Of a stretch of 57,524 nucleotides of DNA, positions 11,020 to 22,898 are shown piece by piece. Below the pieces are notes generated by a model. That model was not told the origin of the DNA and made no database searches. It saw nothing but the letters and a program-made list of their open reading frames with translations. The DNA comes from Emiliania huxleyi CCMP1516 (taxonomy: Eukaryota), in contig NW_005201269.1 in NCBI RefSeq assembly GCF_000372725.1, forward strand, positions 310,001-367,524, written 5' to 3'. Made by a program: the position numbers and the translations under genes. Position 1 is the stretch's first letter, and the number at the start of each line of letters is the position of its first letter.

Positions 11020-12120
11020 ATGGCAGCTTACGGCGGCTACTACACACGGCAGGAGCAAGAGGACGCGATGGCGGCGCGGATCGACAACCCCAACCGCGTC
11101 GGCTCTGGCTTTATCAACCTGGGGCCGCAGCAGCGGGCGCCCGCCGTGGCCAACACGAACTGGCAGACCGGGTCGCTGCTCGGCGGCGGGCCTGGCGTCG
11201 CCCACGCCGCGCCTCCGGGCGTGTCAGACATCTGGAACAACGCGCCGCAACCGCCGCAACCGCCGCCGCGCGCGCCGCCGCCGCCCGCGCCTATGGGGAT
11301 GCCTCCGGGCATGGGAGCGGGCGGCTTCGGGCGGACCGCAGCGGAGCAGGCCAACCTGGGTCTGGGCTTTGAGAACTTGAGCATGGGCGGCGGCGCCGGC
11401 AGCGCCGGCGCTCCGTACCCCGGTGCGCTCGGCGTCGGGCTAGGCGAGGTTCCGCCTCGCGCGCCCGCGCCGCAGGCCGCGGCGCTGATGAGCCTGCTAC
11501 AGACGCCGACGCCGAACCCGACGCCGGCCGCACTCAACTCGGCCTTCACGATGGGCAACGGCGGCCACTCGTCGCGCGCGTTTGCCAACCCGGCGATACC
11601 GCAAGCCGTGCCGCCCGTGCAGCAGTTGCAGCCCAACGGCGTCCACTCTGCAGCCTTCCCTGCGGGCGCCTTTGCGCCACCGGTGGCCCAGCAGGTCACG
11701 CGACCACAGCCCGGCCCGCCTCGCAACCTGCATTCGGCGGCAGACTACGCCGCCGCGGCGCAGACCTACAAGCCGCCCGTGCCGCCGCGCAACTCGAGCC
11801 AGGCGGTGGTGAGCGTGTCGCGCGTGCCCGAGGCGTCTAAGTCGCAGCCGAGCCAGCCGGCCAAGGAGGAGTGGGAGTGCCCGCGATGCACCTTCTTGAA
11901 CAACATTGCGCTGCGCGAGTGCGAGATGTGTGGCTTTGAGCGGGTGGGGAAGGACGAGGCGCCGGCGCAGAGCCGTTCCGAGGACGACGGCTGGCGCACG
12001 GCCACCCCCGCAGTGCGCAAGTCGGCGCCGGTCCCCAACCAGGCCAACTCGCAGCCGGGTAAGTCCAAGGCGCAGAGCAAGAACGAGAAGCGGCGCGCCA
12101 AGAAGCGGGGCGACCACTAA
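11020..12120 (+). CDS. Low-complexity Pro/Gly/Ala protein with RanBP2/NZF-type zinc finger
   Basis: WECPRCTFLNNIALRECEMCG matches W-x-C-x2-C-x3-N-x6-C-x2-C with the NZF 'TF' motif; basic C-terminal tail. Confidence 0.82.
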   Translation: MAAYGGYYTRQEQEDAMAARIDNPNRVGSGFINLGPQQRAPAVANTNWQTGSLLGGGPGVAHAAPPGVSDIWNNAPQPPQPPPRAPPPPAPMGMPPGMGAGGFGRTAAEQANLGLGFENLSMGGGAGSAGAPYPGALGVGLGEVPPRAPAPQAAALMSLLQTPTPNPTPAALNSAFTMGNGGHSSRAFANPAIPQAVPPVQQLQPNGVHSAAFPAGAFAPPVAQQVTRPQPGPPRNLHSAADYAAAAQTYKPPVPPRNSSQAVVSVSRVPEASKSQPSQPAKEEWECPRCTFLNNIALRECEMCGFERVGKDEAPAQSRSEDDGWRTATPAVRKSAPVPNQANSQPGKSKAQSKNEKRRAKKRGDH

Positions 12121-12790
12121 CTGTGCGACGCGCTTGCGGGGGTTCGGGGGGAGCGGATGAGCTTTCACCAGTCTCGCTGCACCGGGCAGCCGTGGAGAGA
12201 GGGGGGGGAGGGAGGGGCGGCGTTTGCATCCATTCCCCGCGCGGTGTCGGCTCTTGCTGGCCAGCGGCTGTGCTCCGCGGGCGGCAGCCGCCGCTGAGCG
12301 CTGGGGGGTAGGTGTGAGCCCATCCCTCTCTCGTCCCGTCTGACCTCTGGGCAACGGCCGTGTGGTCAAAACGTTCGTTGGCTTTTGTTGCGAATTTTAT
12401 GAGCATGCTCTCTCAGAAAACTGGCCTCAGAAGCATGCACAACACACACCCTGGAGCGCTACAGCGCATCCCGCTCTCTGGCGAAACATCTCCAATGCGC
12501 AATCCGGCAATGCTACTCTACGGGAAAAGACGATAGACAGGTCTCCCTCTCTGTGTATAGACGCTTAGCGCGGGGGCCTTAGCACTCGCTTGCTTTTTTT
12601 CGCTCCAGTCCTGCGGATCTTCATTAGTAGACCGCAGGGCTACGAAGCCTTCACACTCCAAGGGGGCTGGGGCCTTAGCTGTATAGACTGTACTGAGTAC
12701 TCTGATGTTCACGTACTTCACCAGCTCTCCGCCGCGCGGAGAGAGAGCGGAGAGTCCCCCCCCCGCACGGTGACCGGTGCGCGGTGTGTC

Positions 12791-15700
12791 TCAGAGCTCC
12801 TCCACGCAAGACGCGGGGGCAGCAGGCTCGGAGGCGGCGGGCGACGCGGTGACGGCAGGCTCGGAGGCGGCGGGCGACGCGGTGACGGCAGCGGCGAGCT
12901 CGGCAGGGGCGGGTTCCGAGGCCGCGGAGGGGGCGGAGGCGGGAGCAGCGGCGGCCTGGGACGCCGCTTTTCGGGGCTTGCCGCCCGCCCGAACCTTTCG
13001 CGCCGCGGCGAACTCTGCGGCGGCGGGCGCTCGCACGATCGCGACGAGGCCGGCGGTGCCAGCAGCGGCAACAAAGTCGTGGTGCGGCTCGTTGGGACAC
13101 CTATGGAGCGGGGAGGGAGAGAGGGGAGCTCAGGGGCAGCACAGTGCAGGGGAGAGAGGTGCCGATCTCAGCGCCGCGCCAGCTGAGGCGCTGCAGCGAG
13201 AGGCAGCGGCGAGTGGCCGACGTGTCGAGCTGCCTGCCCTCCCGGTGATTGGCGGCCGACGAGCCGAGGGCCACGAGCAGGGGACGCGCAGCCGCGTCGG
13301 AGGAGGCGCCGCTTCCACCGGCCCCACCCTCGCTGCCGCCGCCGACCTCACCCTCGGCGGAGGAGGAGGGCAACGCGGGGGCGGGCAGAGAGAGCTGCAG
13401 CAGCGGGCGGCTCTTCAGCTCTGACCCCCCCGCGGCGGCCCTACGATCGACAGGGCGGCAGGTGAGCACGAGACGGGGAGGGAGACGAGCGAGCGCCGCC
13501 CCACCCGATGAGCTCCGACTCGGCGTACACATCGACTCTGCCACTCGAGGTTGCGGTGGCGATGCGGTCGCCGCCGGCCGAGGCTCGCAGCTGCCAGATG
13601 GTCGCCGGCTCGTCGCCGTCGATGCGGCCCTTCTGGATCTGCAAGCTGTGGTGCGAGCGCAGCGGAAGCACCATCCACTGAGGCTCGTCCGACCCGACGA
13701 GCAGCGACGGCGCCTGCGGGGGTGGGGAGGGCGGCGGCGCAGGGCTGTCGGAAAGTGTGGTCGCAGTGAGGGCCGAGCAATTGTGCGAGGCACAGCGAGG
13801 CTGTCCGGAAGCGTGATTGCGGTGAGGGCGGAACAATTGGAGAAGGTCTCACCAGTCGAGGTGACGCCGTCCGTCCGGCGGGCGGTTCGCAGTCGCGGGG
13901 GGGAGGGGGGGGGGGAGCGCCCATGGGGTTTGCCCCCTCNNNNNNNNNNNNNNNNNNNNNNNNNNNNNNNNNNNNNNNNNNNNNNNNNNNNNNNNNNNNN
14001 NNNNNNNNNNNNNNNNNNNNNNNNNNNNNNNNNNNNNNNNNNNNNNNNNNNNNNNNNNNNNNNNNNNNNNNNNNNNNNNNNNNNNNNNNNNNNNNNNNNN
14101 NNNNNNNNNNNNNNNNNNNNNNNNNNNNNNNNNNNNNNNNNNNNNNNNNNNNNNNNNNNNNNNNNNNNNNNNNNNNNNNNNNNNNNNNNNNNNNNNNNNN
14201 NNNNNNNNNNNACAATATATATCCCCGTTGCGGGCTGGTGGTGGTGGTGGGTGCGCGGGTGGTGGTGGGTGGTGGTGGTGGTGGTGGTGGGTGGGTGGGT
14301 GGTGGTGGTGGTGGTGGTGGTGGTGGGTGCGGGGGGGGGGGGCGCCCATGGGGCTTGGCCGCTCGCCTCCAGTGGCAAATTGCAAGAGGCTGCGAGCGCG
14401 CCGCCGCGCGGGGTGGCGATCCCAAAAGCAGAGCCGAGGATCGCGTTGGGGGACGAGATCGCTCTTGTCCTCCCGCCGCCGCCGCCGCCGAGGTCCCAGA
14501 GCTGGACGACACCATTGGCGCGTCCGGCTGCCAGCACGCGGTAAGGCGGCTCCGGCCTCCATCCGAGGCAGAGGGGCAAGCCCGCGGCGGCGCTAGCGCG
14601 TAGCAACCGTGCCGGCGTGAGTCGGAACCAGAGTGCCACGGCGCCGCCCGACGCGGCCAGCCCAGCCTAGTGCGAGATGCTACCGTGAGCGAGAGCGAGC
14701 GGCGGGCCTTGCGCGCCGCGAGAGAGGAGGCCGACCAGATCTGCGACGCGCGGCAACGCCCACACCCGAATGGCTCCGTCGGCGCATGCCGCAGCGAGCA
14801 GCCCCATGCGGCCAAGCTCGCCCTCGCCTCCCGCGGCAGCGGCGGCGTTGCCCGAAGGGCACCACTCGAGGTCGAGCACGCCGCCGCCGTCGTGCAGGAG
14901 CTCCGCCCACCTCTCGCCGCCGCCGCCGCCGCCCGCCGCCGCCTCGGGACGGACCCTCCACAAACCGAGGGCGTTGCTGCCGCCCCGCAGCTCGTGCGTG
15001 GCGTCGCTGACGTGCGTGCCCACTGCGAGCATCTCGCTGCCGTCGGGCTCGCCGCCGTCTCGAGGCAGCCACGCGACCGCCCACACCTGCCGACACCGCT
15101 CCACCTCTCAGAAGCCGCGGCGTGGCCTTTGAGGGAGAGGCAAAGGGAGGAGGCAAAGGGCGGAGGGCAAGGGAGGCCGGGCTCGAGCTGGCCGAAGGGG
15201 GAGGCCGAGGCGGGGAGGGCCGCACCGGTGCCCCAGTCGCGCAGAGCAGCGCGTCCGCCGCCGCGACACAGCTGCCCGCCGCCACATGGACGCGCGACTC
15301 GCCTCCGCAGTCTGCGACGATGTCGAGCGAGAGACCGGCAGCAGCAGCCGGCGCCGCAGCCGCGGTGGCAGCCGCGGTGGAAAGCGCACCGCTGCCGCCG
15401 CCGCCTGGTGGTGCGTCTCCACCCGCGTCTTCAAACGAGACGTCGCCGCGCCGCGGCATCAGGTCCGGAAGAGCTGGCGAGACGGCGGCCGCAACCGCCG
15501 ACCCAGCTCCGCTCCGCGCGGCGCCCGGAGGCGGCAGCGGCCGCAATATGGGCTGCCACGTCGTTTTTCCGACGACGAGCGGGCCGCACTTCTTCTGCGG
15601 CTTGGAGGAGACCGTGGCCTTGCCCTTGCCTCGGCCGTCTTTTGGCTTCTCCTCCTCCTCGTCGTCGTCGTCGTCGTCGTCCTCGTCGTCGCTCGAGTGT

Positions 15701-16413
15701 TGAAATTCCTCCTCGTCGTCGTCGTCGCCATCGTCCACCGCCTCCATCACCGCCTCTAGGACCGCCACCTCCTCCCCCGCCGCCTCTGCTCCCGCCAGCA
15801 CCGCCTCTGCCACCACTGCCTCTGCCACCACCGCCTCTGCCACCACTGCCTCTGCCACCACTGCCTCTGCCACCACCGCCTCTGCCACCACCGCCTCTGC
15901 CACCACCGCCTCTGCCACCACCGCCGCCGCCCTGCCTTCCGCCACCGCCGGCGGAGGAGGACGCAAGGCCTCATCGAGCTGTGAGCTATCGCAGCGCATG
16001 CAACGCCACTCCGAGTCATCGCCCGCCGCCAGCAGAGCCTGTAGCTGCGCCTCGCCCACGCAGGCGCCCACACACGGTGCGCACCAGCCCCAGCCGCACT
16101 CGCTGCAAAGCAACAGCGTCTCGTCCGCCTCCGATGCCCCTCCCGTGTCGAGGCCACCGCACAGGTGGCACGCCGTGTCCTCGCGGTCCTCGTCCCTGGG
16201 CCACCCGATACCCTTGTAGTACTGAATGCGGCGGCCGTGCAGCGCACAGATGGGCACCTTCAGGTCGGCGTGCCATCCAGCACCGGGCTGCGAGCAGCCT
16301 GCCACTGTACAACAGCCGAGCGGGACTGCAGCTTGCTCGCGCTCGTTCTGAGGCACCGGCACCTCCAGGTAGTTGACGCGCTGCTTCACCCTCCGCGGCC
16401 GGCCAGGCTCCAT
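12791..16413 (-). CDS. ADD-like zinc finger + acidic linker + TFIIIC subunit 2 (GTF3C2/Tfc6)-like WD40 protein; multi-exon, spans a gap
   Basis: N-terminal HADLKVPIC...CHLCGG...LLLCSECGWGWCAPCV...EWRCMRC. WD40 segments VWAVAWLP, HDGGGVLDLEWCPSG, MGLLAAACADGAIRVWALP; spliced C-terminus LSWCPN...VAAAGTAGLV. Confidence 0.72.
13745..13875 (-). pseudogene. BspA-type LRR fragment in a probable intron
   Basis: DGVTSTGETFSNCSALTAITLPDSL resembles the LRR_5 consensus. Confidence 0.5.
15784..15925. repeat. 15-bp coding tandem repeat, (VVAEA)n
   Basis: gcctctgccaccac(c/t) repeated about 9 times. Confidence 0.9.
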
Positions 16414-16994
16414 TTGGGCAGGTGAGAGTGGGTGGGTGCAGGAAGGGTCAGAGGCAGCCTCAGCACCCTCGCCCGGACCAGGTTTGTTGTTGTGTGTGTG
16501 ACGGGGCATTGGGAGACCCGATCCGTTTGTTTGTATTATTAACAACGAAAGCGCTCTCAAAGAAAAAATCAAAGGCCCATGTACGGGAGTAAGGAGACAC
16601 CTCCCATCCCTCCCTTTTGGCGGTCTCTGTTTTCTTGCTTTCTTTCTTAGACTCCTGAAAGCAGAAAGGGCAGCCATAACAAGGTAGCGTTCGGTCGCCA
16701 GCTCTCCAGCTCGTCGTTTGGTCACCGAGGAGAGGGAACGAAAGCACACCTCAAACTGCAGGACGTGCATCCTGGACGCATCCCCTCCTTGTCCCACTTA
16801 TCGAATTTGTGCAGGCGAGAGTACTCGTCCGAATTCCGGCGTTTTTCATAATCTCATCCTACTACGCTACTAGTACTAAGCGCTCTGCGTGCACCCCCGT
16901 GCAGACTACCCGCGACCGCCCCGCGACTCGCCGGCGCAGTACCAGTAGGATTCCTACCTGTACGCGTCAGTACTACCTACTACCGCACGGTACC

Positions 16995-17474
16995 CTGAGC
17001 CCTGGTCTGACAGCCTGACAGCAAACCCCGGACAGCGCCTGACAGTGCCCGACAGCCTGACAGCGCTGACAGCACTTTCTCTGACAGTCTGACAGCACGT
17101 ATCTGACAGCCTGACAGCAGAGCCTGACATCAGAGGTGACCCGTCGCTGTCAGGCCCTAACGTGACAGCCTGACAGCTGCCCGACAGCCCGACAGCACAC
17201 AGTGGCCTGACAGCAGCGCTGACAGCCCGACAGCCCGACCAGCCCGACAGCAGCACAGACCGTACACAGGCCGTGCAGCCTCTTCTTGTGCCCCATGAGG
17301 GTATAACAAAACTATTACATGCAAAGACATGCGAGTGTGGTCCATGTAGTCATGGGATGGAAATTGGTCATGTGGATCTCTCTCCCAACCCTCCGCCCCC
17401 ACCTCTGGCTCTGCGGACCCCTCTCTAGCACCGGCGGCTGTGCTACTACAAATGAAGCTACCAGCTAGCCTTCT
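16995..17474 (+). mobile_element. Truncated copy of the left end of the CTGACAG element
   Basis: Begins with the same TIR CTGAGCCCTGG and matches 5475-5941 until interrupted by another repeat. Confidence 0.85.
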
Positions 17475-17478
17475 GTGG

Positions 17479-18160
17479 TGTCGGCGGTCAGTACGACCGA
17501 TCAGGTCGGAGTTTTTTAATGGTTGGAGGGTCTATCTGTATGTACTCCTCGAGATCTCTCCAAGTCTGCCCTCTACTTAACCGTACTTAATCGGGAAGTT
17601 GGTGCTAGTAGAGACTAGTAGAGCCGGGCCCCGTCGTTCCGCACTGCGGCGTGGCGCACGGCGTGCGGGGCCGTCCCGTTTTGATCTCTCGGTGAGTGGG
17701 GGGCCGAGCCGCCTCAGGGTGGCGGGCGGGCGGGCGTTTTGAAAAACACAGAAAACAGAAAGCAAGAGGGGGCCCGGGGGCCCACAGGACCCCACACTGG
17801 GAGTAGAAAATACGCCCAAGGGGGTCAAGGAGGCGGCGCGGGGAAGCACAAGCTCAGCATCAGGTGAGAGCAGGAAGGATGGCGCTTAGGATCGGCTTTG
17901 AACAAGGGTTTCCAGGTTTTAGATCAGTATTGGTGTCGGCACACATCCCCATACATGAGGTCAGCGGCGCGCAGTGCCTCTCTCGCGCAGGCTGATTTTG
18001 GCTGTTTTCGAGCTTGTTTTTGTTTTCAGACTAGGGGGCCCGGCCCCCTCAGAGGCGGCGGGCGGGCGCCCTTTCACCGAGAGATCAAAACGGGACGGCC
18101 CGGGCACGGTGCCTCCGCCCCGCGTCCGCCGCTCCGGGGGCCCCCGCGCCCCCCGCCAGA
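17479..18160 (+). repeat. Dispersed repeat (copies at ~39382-39590 and ~50807-51040) with a nested TIR insert at ~17662-18108
   Basis: Shared tgtcggcggtcagtacgaccgatcagg... The insert is bounded by inverted gggccgtcccgttttgatctctcggtga and is absent from the 50.8-kb copy. Confidence 0.75.
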
Positions 18161-18372
18161 GATGCGGAGAGAGGCTCGAGGGACGCTGCTTAGTGCTTTT
18201 GTCTGCCGCCCTCAAGCCAATGAATTGCAATTCTTGGGCGAAAGAAAATAATCGATGCCGAAGAAGGAACTTCGGCCCTCTCACACACAACCTCGGGGGG
18301 GGGGGGGGGGGAGGCTCCGCGGACCGCGCGGCTGCCGCCCGCGCCCCGTTCCACACCGTTGGCCCTCTCACG

Positions 18373-20081
18373 TCAGCCGTCGCCGGCCGCCGCCGGCCGC
18401 TCCGCCGCCGGCCGGTCGAGCGCGGGGAGGCGGTGGGCGGCGAGATAGAGCAGCTCGGTGAGGAAGGCGCTGAAGGCGTCCGGCGCCTCGCCGCGGTAGT
18501 CGAAGAGCACGCTCGGCCGCACCACGCGCAGCAGGTACTGCTGCATCTCGCGCACGCGGCGCTGCGACACGTTGGCGAGCGTCGGCATGAGGCCGTCGCG
18601 CCGCAGCCGGTCGGGCGGGAGGAGGAGGACGGCGCGGTGCCACTCGATCGTCTGCTTGAAGGGCCACGCCACCTTTCCAAACTTGAGCGACGGGTAGTAG
18701 GTGTCAACCCGGACGGGGATGCAGCCGGCGGCGACGATGTAGTAGAAGCGCTGGGTGAAGCCGTCAGAGTCGCCGGTGGGGGCGACGCAAAAGGTGGTGC
18801 GCTGCATCCGGCGGATGGTCTCCACCGTCGAGAAGGGCATCGCGTTCTCCTTGCGTGGGTCCGTCTCGTAGAGCTCGATCCTGCGCCGAGGCACACACGG
18901 AGCACGCGTCAAGTGGCGGGCGGGAGACGGCGGCGTAGCAACCGCGCGGGAGCGGGCGAGGTCTCTCCTCGGCTGGCTCGGGCAATCTCGGGTAATCTCG
19001 GGCAATCTCGGGCAATCTCGGGTAATCTCGGGCAATCTCGGGCAATCTCGGGTCTCTCCTCGGCCGACTCGGGTCGCGGCGGTGCAGCTCCGACGCCTGC
19101 GGGGCGGCGGGGAGGCGGCGGGTCTTGCTCGGGCACCACACCGGGCACGGGCGTCACGTCCGTGTCAGACATAGTAGATGGGTGCGTGCTAGTCGACTCC
19201 TTCGGTCGGCCGGGACAGGGTTACAAGTGCGGGGTTGGGAGTAACACTGCAGCGGCGAGCGGGCTCCTCGGTGGCACGCGCCGGACCTATCCCCCCCGGC
19301 TGCCCGCCCGCCCCCTCCCCGCCCCCGCGCCGCTCGCCTCTCGCAGCTGCCTTGCCACCTCGGAGCGGACCTTGTTCCTGCTCGGCGACGCCATCAGAAA
19401 GACTCGCGTGCTGCGCGCGCCGGCGTCCGGCTGCGCGCGGACCAGCTCTCGCGGCAGCGAGGCGAGGTACGGGATGGTGACGTCGAGCCGTGACTTGTTG
19501 CGGTAGCCCGCGCCCGTGTGCGCGAGCATCGAGCCGCCGAGCCACTTTGGCATGAACATCGAGTCGAGCGGGAAGAGAAAGAGGTGGCGGTGGGGCCAGC
19601 GCGCAAAGTGGGGCAGCGAGTCGCGTGCAAACTTGTCAAAGCTGCCAAAGAAGGCGTGGTGCGCCGGCCCGTTGACCCGCGACATGCCGTGCCCCCACCC
19701 GAGCATCGCGTTGCAGCCGAGCAGGAAGGGCACCAGAAAGACGTCGGCGCGCTCGGGCTCGCCGACGAGGGTCGCCACCTGCAGGAGCTTGGAGAAGATG
19801 GGCACATCGGTGCAGTGCGACCGCAGGTTCTCCAGGTGCGAGAAGCCCGTGTTTGGGCACGTGTCCTCACGGAGGTAAGCGCAGTTGACGTGCAGCAGCT
19901 CGCGGGCGCGACGCTCGACGTACTCGACGACCTGGCCGTGGTAAGCCCATGGGAGGCCGTACACGAAGAGACGCAGCCGCCGGCCGCGCTGCACGTCGCG
20001 ACGGCACGGCAGCGGCCGCGGACCGGGCGGCAGGAAGCGCTTGAGGGCGGACTCCCGAGCGGCGTCCGCGGTCTGGGCCAT
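18373..20081 (-). CDS. Exostosin-family (GT47) glycosyltransferase, complement(join(18373..18880,19059..19096,19338..20081))
   Basis: LRLFVYGLP, EPERADVFLVP, DVTIPY, MQRTTFCVAPTGDS...RFYYIVAAGCIPV, WPF, DAF motifs; exon phases add up. Confidence 0.85.
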
Positions 20082-20859
20082 GCTCGCAGTCAGGCCAATG
20101 CTGCAGGCGGTGCAGTCAGGCCTTTGCTGCCGCGAAAGCGGCTGCAAAGCTGGGACAAAGAAATGTTTCCCGGTGCGCGGTTTATAAGTCGCTCGTGTCG
20201 GCGGCGCAGAACGAGGCAGAGGAGAGCGACGCGACAGAGGAAGAAGCGACAAGGGAGAGCACGACGAGAAGGGGCCGACCGCGAGGTGGCACGAAGGTCG
20301 CAGCGAGAATCGGAGAGAGACTGCGAAGAGAGATAGGAAGAGCAAGAGGCGGACGCCCAAGGGTGGGCGACGGACGTACATGTAGCGCACCACACCCCTC
20401 TTCTTAAAATCCCTGTGTGGTGGCGGCGTGCCGTCGGTCCTCCCATCCCTCCCTTGGGTTGTCCGTTTTCTTTCTTTCTTTTTTCGTGTCGGCCATTCCG
20501 GCGTTTGATAGCTACCATTCCATCCCCCCCGCCTTCTTTCGAGGTCTCGAGATACACAAATGGCCAAACCCAAGAGATTTCTTGTTGGCTTCTAAAAATC
20601 TCTCTCTCCAAACCCAGAAAAGAAAGAAAGCCCCCGCGGACCAAGCTAGGGCTGGGTCGAGGACAGACACGTCCCCACCTTTGCAGGAATTTGCAAGAGC
20701 GAGGGGACAGGACACCCGTGAATGGCTTAAAGGTTAAAGCTCATGGCTTTTTAAAACACCGTCTTATCCTTTCGCCTGCGGAAATGACCGCTCCCTGGCG
20801 TGGCATATCTCGTCAACCTGCATGATGGGGGGAACCTCGCTGCATATGAGCCGGGCCAC

Positions 20860-21295
20860 TGCGTCGGGAGCTGCTGCCAAAGAAGGTCGAGAGCTTTGCT
20901 GAGCAGCGTGTCGTCGCTGTGTCGGCCGGAGCCGTCCACAGCCTCGCCCTCACCGCCGACGGAGCTGTCTAGAGCTGGGGCGATGGTTGGCGAGGCAAGC
21001 TGGGCCACGGCGACGAGCAGAGCCAGCCGCTGCCCAAGAAGGTCGAGGCCTTGGCTGGCCAGCACGTCGTCGCTGTGTCGGCGGGAGGCGGCCACAGCCT
21101 CGCCATCACCGCCGACGGCTCCGTCTGGAGCTGGGGCGACGGGCGTTGTGGCCAGCTGTGCCACGGCGATCAGCAGGACCAGCTGCTGCCCAAGAAGGTC
21201 GAGGCCTTTGCTGAGCAGCGCGTCGTCGCAGCCTCGGCTGGAGAGCACCACAGCCTCGCCATCACCGCCGACGGCGATGTCTGGAGCCTCTGGGG
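20860..21295 (+). pseudogene. RCC1-repeat gene fragment (about 3 repeats)
   Basis: VVAVSAGGGHSLAITADGSVWSWGDGRCGQLCHGD; in-frame TAG at ~20970; flanked by ~75-bp direct repeats (20635-20710, 21351-21425). Confidence 0.8.
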
Positions 21296-21659
21296 CATGG
21301 ATGGACCCTGTTTTTCTTTGAGAGCGCCTTACGCCGAATAATAAAGCACGCGCGGACCAAGCTAGGGCTGGGTCGAGGACAGACACGTCCCCACCTTTGC
21401 AGGAATTTGCAAGAGCGAGGGGACACGGGACAGGAAAGAAAGAAAGAAAGAAAACAGACAGCCCAAGGGAGGGATGGGAGGACGGCACGCCGCCACCACA
21501 CAGGGATTTTAAGGAGAGGTGTGTGGTGCGCTAGCCGTCGCCCACCCTAGGGAGTCTGCCTCGAGGGGACAGGACACCCGTGAATGGCTTAAAACTCATG
21601 CTTTTTTTTCGCGAGAGGGCTTCTACACGCGTACAGTGCAGACACATATGTGTGTTTAT

Positions 21660-22472
21660 ATGCGGCGCGCCGCCCACAAGACACTCCGGCTGGTGCTCGA
21701 CGAGCCGCCGCCGGTCGCCGACACAGCGCGCTGCGACGGCCGCGGCGACGCCGAGCTCCGCCGGCTGCTTGTGCGAACAGGCGTGCTTCCCAAGGCGAGC
21801 GGCTCCGCCTACGTGGAGATGGGCGAGACCAAGGTGCTGTGCGCCATCTTTGGGCCGCAGCAGGCCGACGGCCACGACTTTCTCAGCCACGGGCGGCTCG
21901 AGTGCACCGTCAAGTTTTCCGCGTTTGCGCGCCGCACCACGGACCCGGCCGCCGCCACGACCGACGCGAGTGCCACTGCCGCTCTGTCGGCCTCGCTGTC
22001 GGCGGCGCTGAGCGGCTCGGTCCAGCTCGACCAGTACCCGAAGAGCCTCATCTGCGTGCACGCCATGGTGCTGCAGGACGGCGGCGGCGCGCTGCCCGCG
22101 CTCGTCTCGTGCGGCTCGGCCGCGCTGGCACACGCGCGGCTCAAGCTGTACGGCCTGGTCGCCGCCTGCGGCGCGGCCATTCCTGACGAGGGCAGCGGTC
22201 GAGTGCTGCTCGACCCGTCCGCGAGCGAGGAGCGCGCCGCCAGCAGCCGGCTGGTTGCGGCCACCGTGCCGGAGCTGTCGCATCTGCCGCTCCTCGAGCA
22301 GGAGGGGCGGGCGCAGTTCGAGGCGGTGGCGGCGGCGCTGCGGCACGCGCTCGGCGGCGCGGCGACCGTGCACGAGCGCATGCGTGAGGCGCTGCTCGCG
22401 GAGGGACAGACGGCCTCCTCCGCACGCAAGCGGAGCCGCGGCGGGGGAGGGGCGGTTGACGCGGCGGCTTGA
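21660..22472 (+). CDS. MTR3: Exosome core subunit, RNase PH family (MTR3/EXOSC6-like)
   Basis: RCDGR...ELR, ASGSAYVEMGETKVLCAIFGP, LDQYPKS, VLQDGG motifs. Confidence 0.8.
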   Translation: MRRAAHKTLRLVLDEPPPVADTARCDGRGDAELRRLLVRTGVLPKASGSAYVEMGETKVLCAIFGPQQADGHDFLSHGRLECTVKFSAFARRTTDPAAATTDASATAALSASLSAALSGSVQLDQYPKSLICVHAMVLQDGGGALPALVSCGSAALAHARLKLYGLVAACGAAIPDEGSGRVLLDPSASEERAASSRLVAATVPELSHLPLLEQEGRAQFEAVAAALRHALGGAATVHERMREALLAEGQTASSARKRSRGGGGAVDAAA

Positions 22473-22898
22473 GACACACTGAGGTTTCGCTATGGCGATA
22501 TCAGCTTGACGCGAGACGGTACACGGACAAAAATGACACCGCCGCGCGCAGAGCAGACGGAAAACCGTGGCTCGGACGTTGGACCACGCACCAATCACCC
22601 CACCCCCAACCCGACCCCGGCCCATCACGACATGACAAATCGACCGACGCACACGCGAGAGACCACCCCGCGCGATAATGCGGCAGGCAGACCGAGACGC
22701 CCCGCCCAGGGTCGCCACAGCGGACGGCCGACCCTCCTCTATCCTCGGTACCTCGCCGCCTCGTTTGTCCCCTCCCTCCCCCCCCTGCCCCTGTCCCCCC
22801 CCGCCCCCTCTCTCTGTCTCGGTCTACACGGACTACGTCGTCGGAGAGCGCGCCACACCACCGCAACACACTCCTGAATGGCGTTGTGTGTAAACCAC

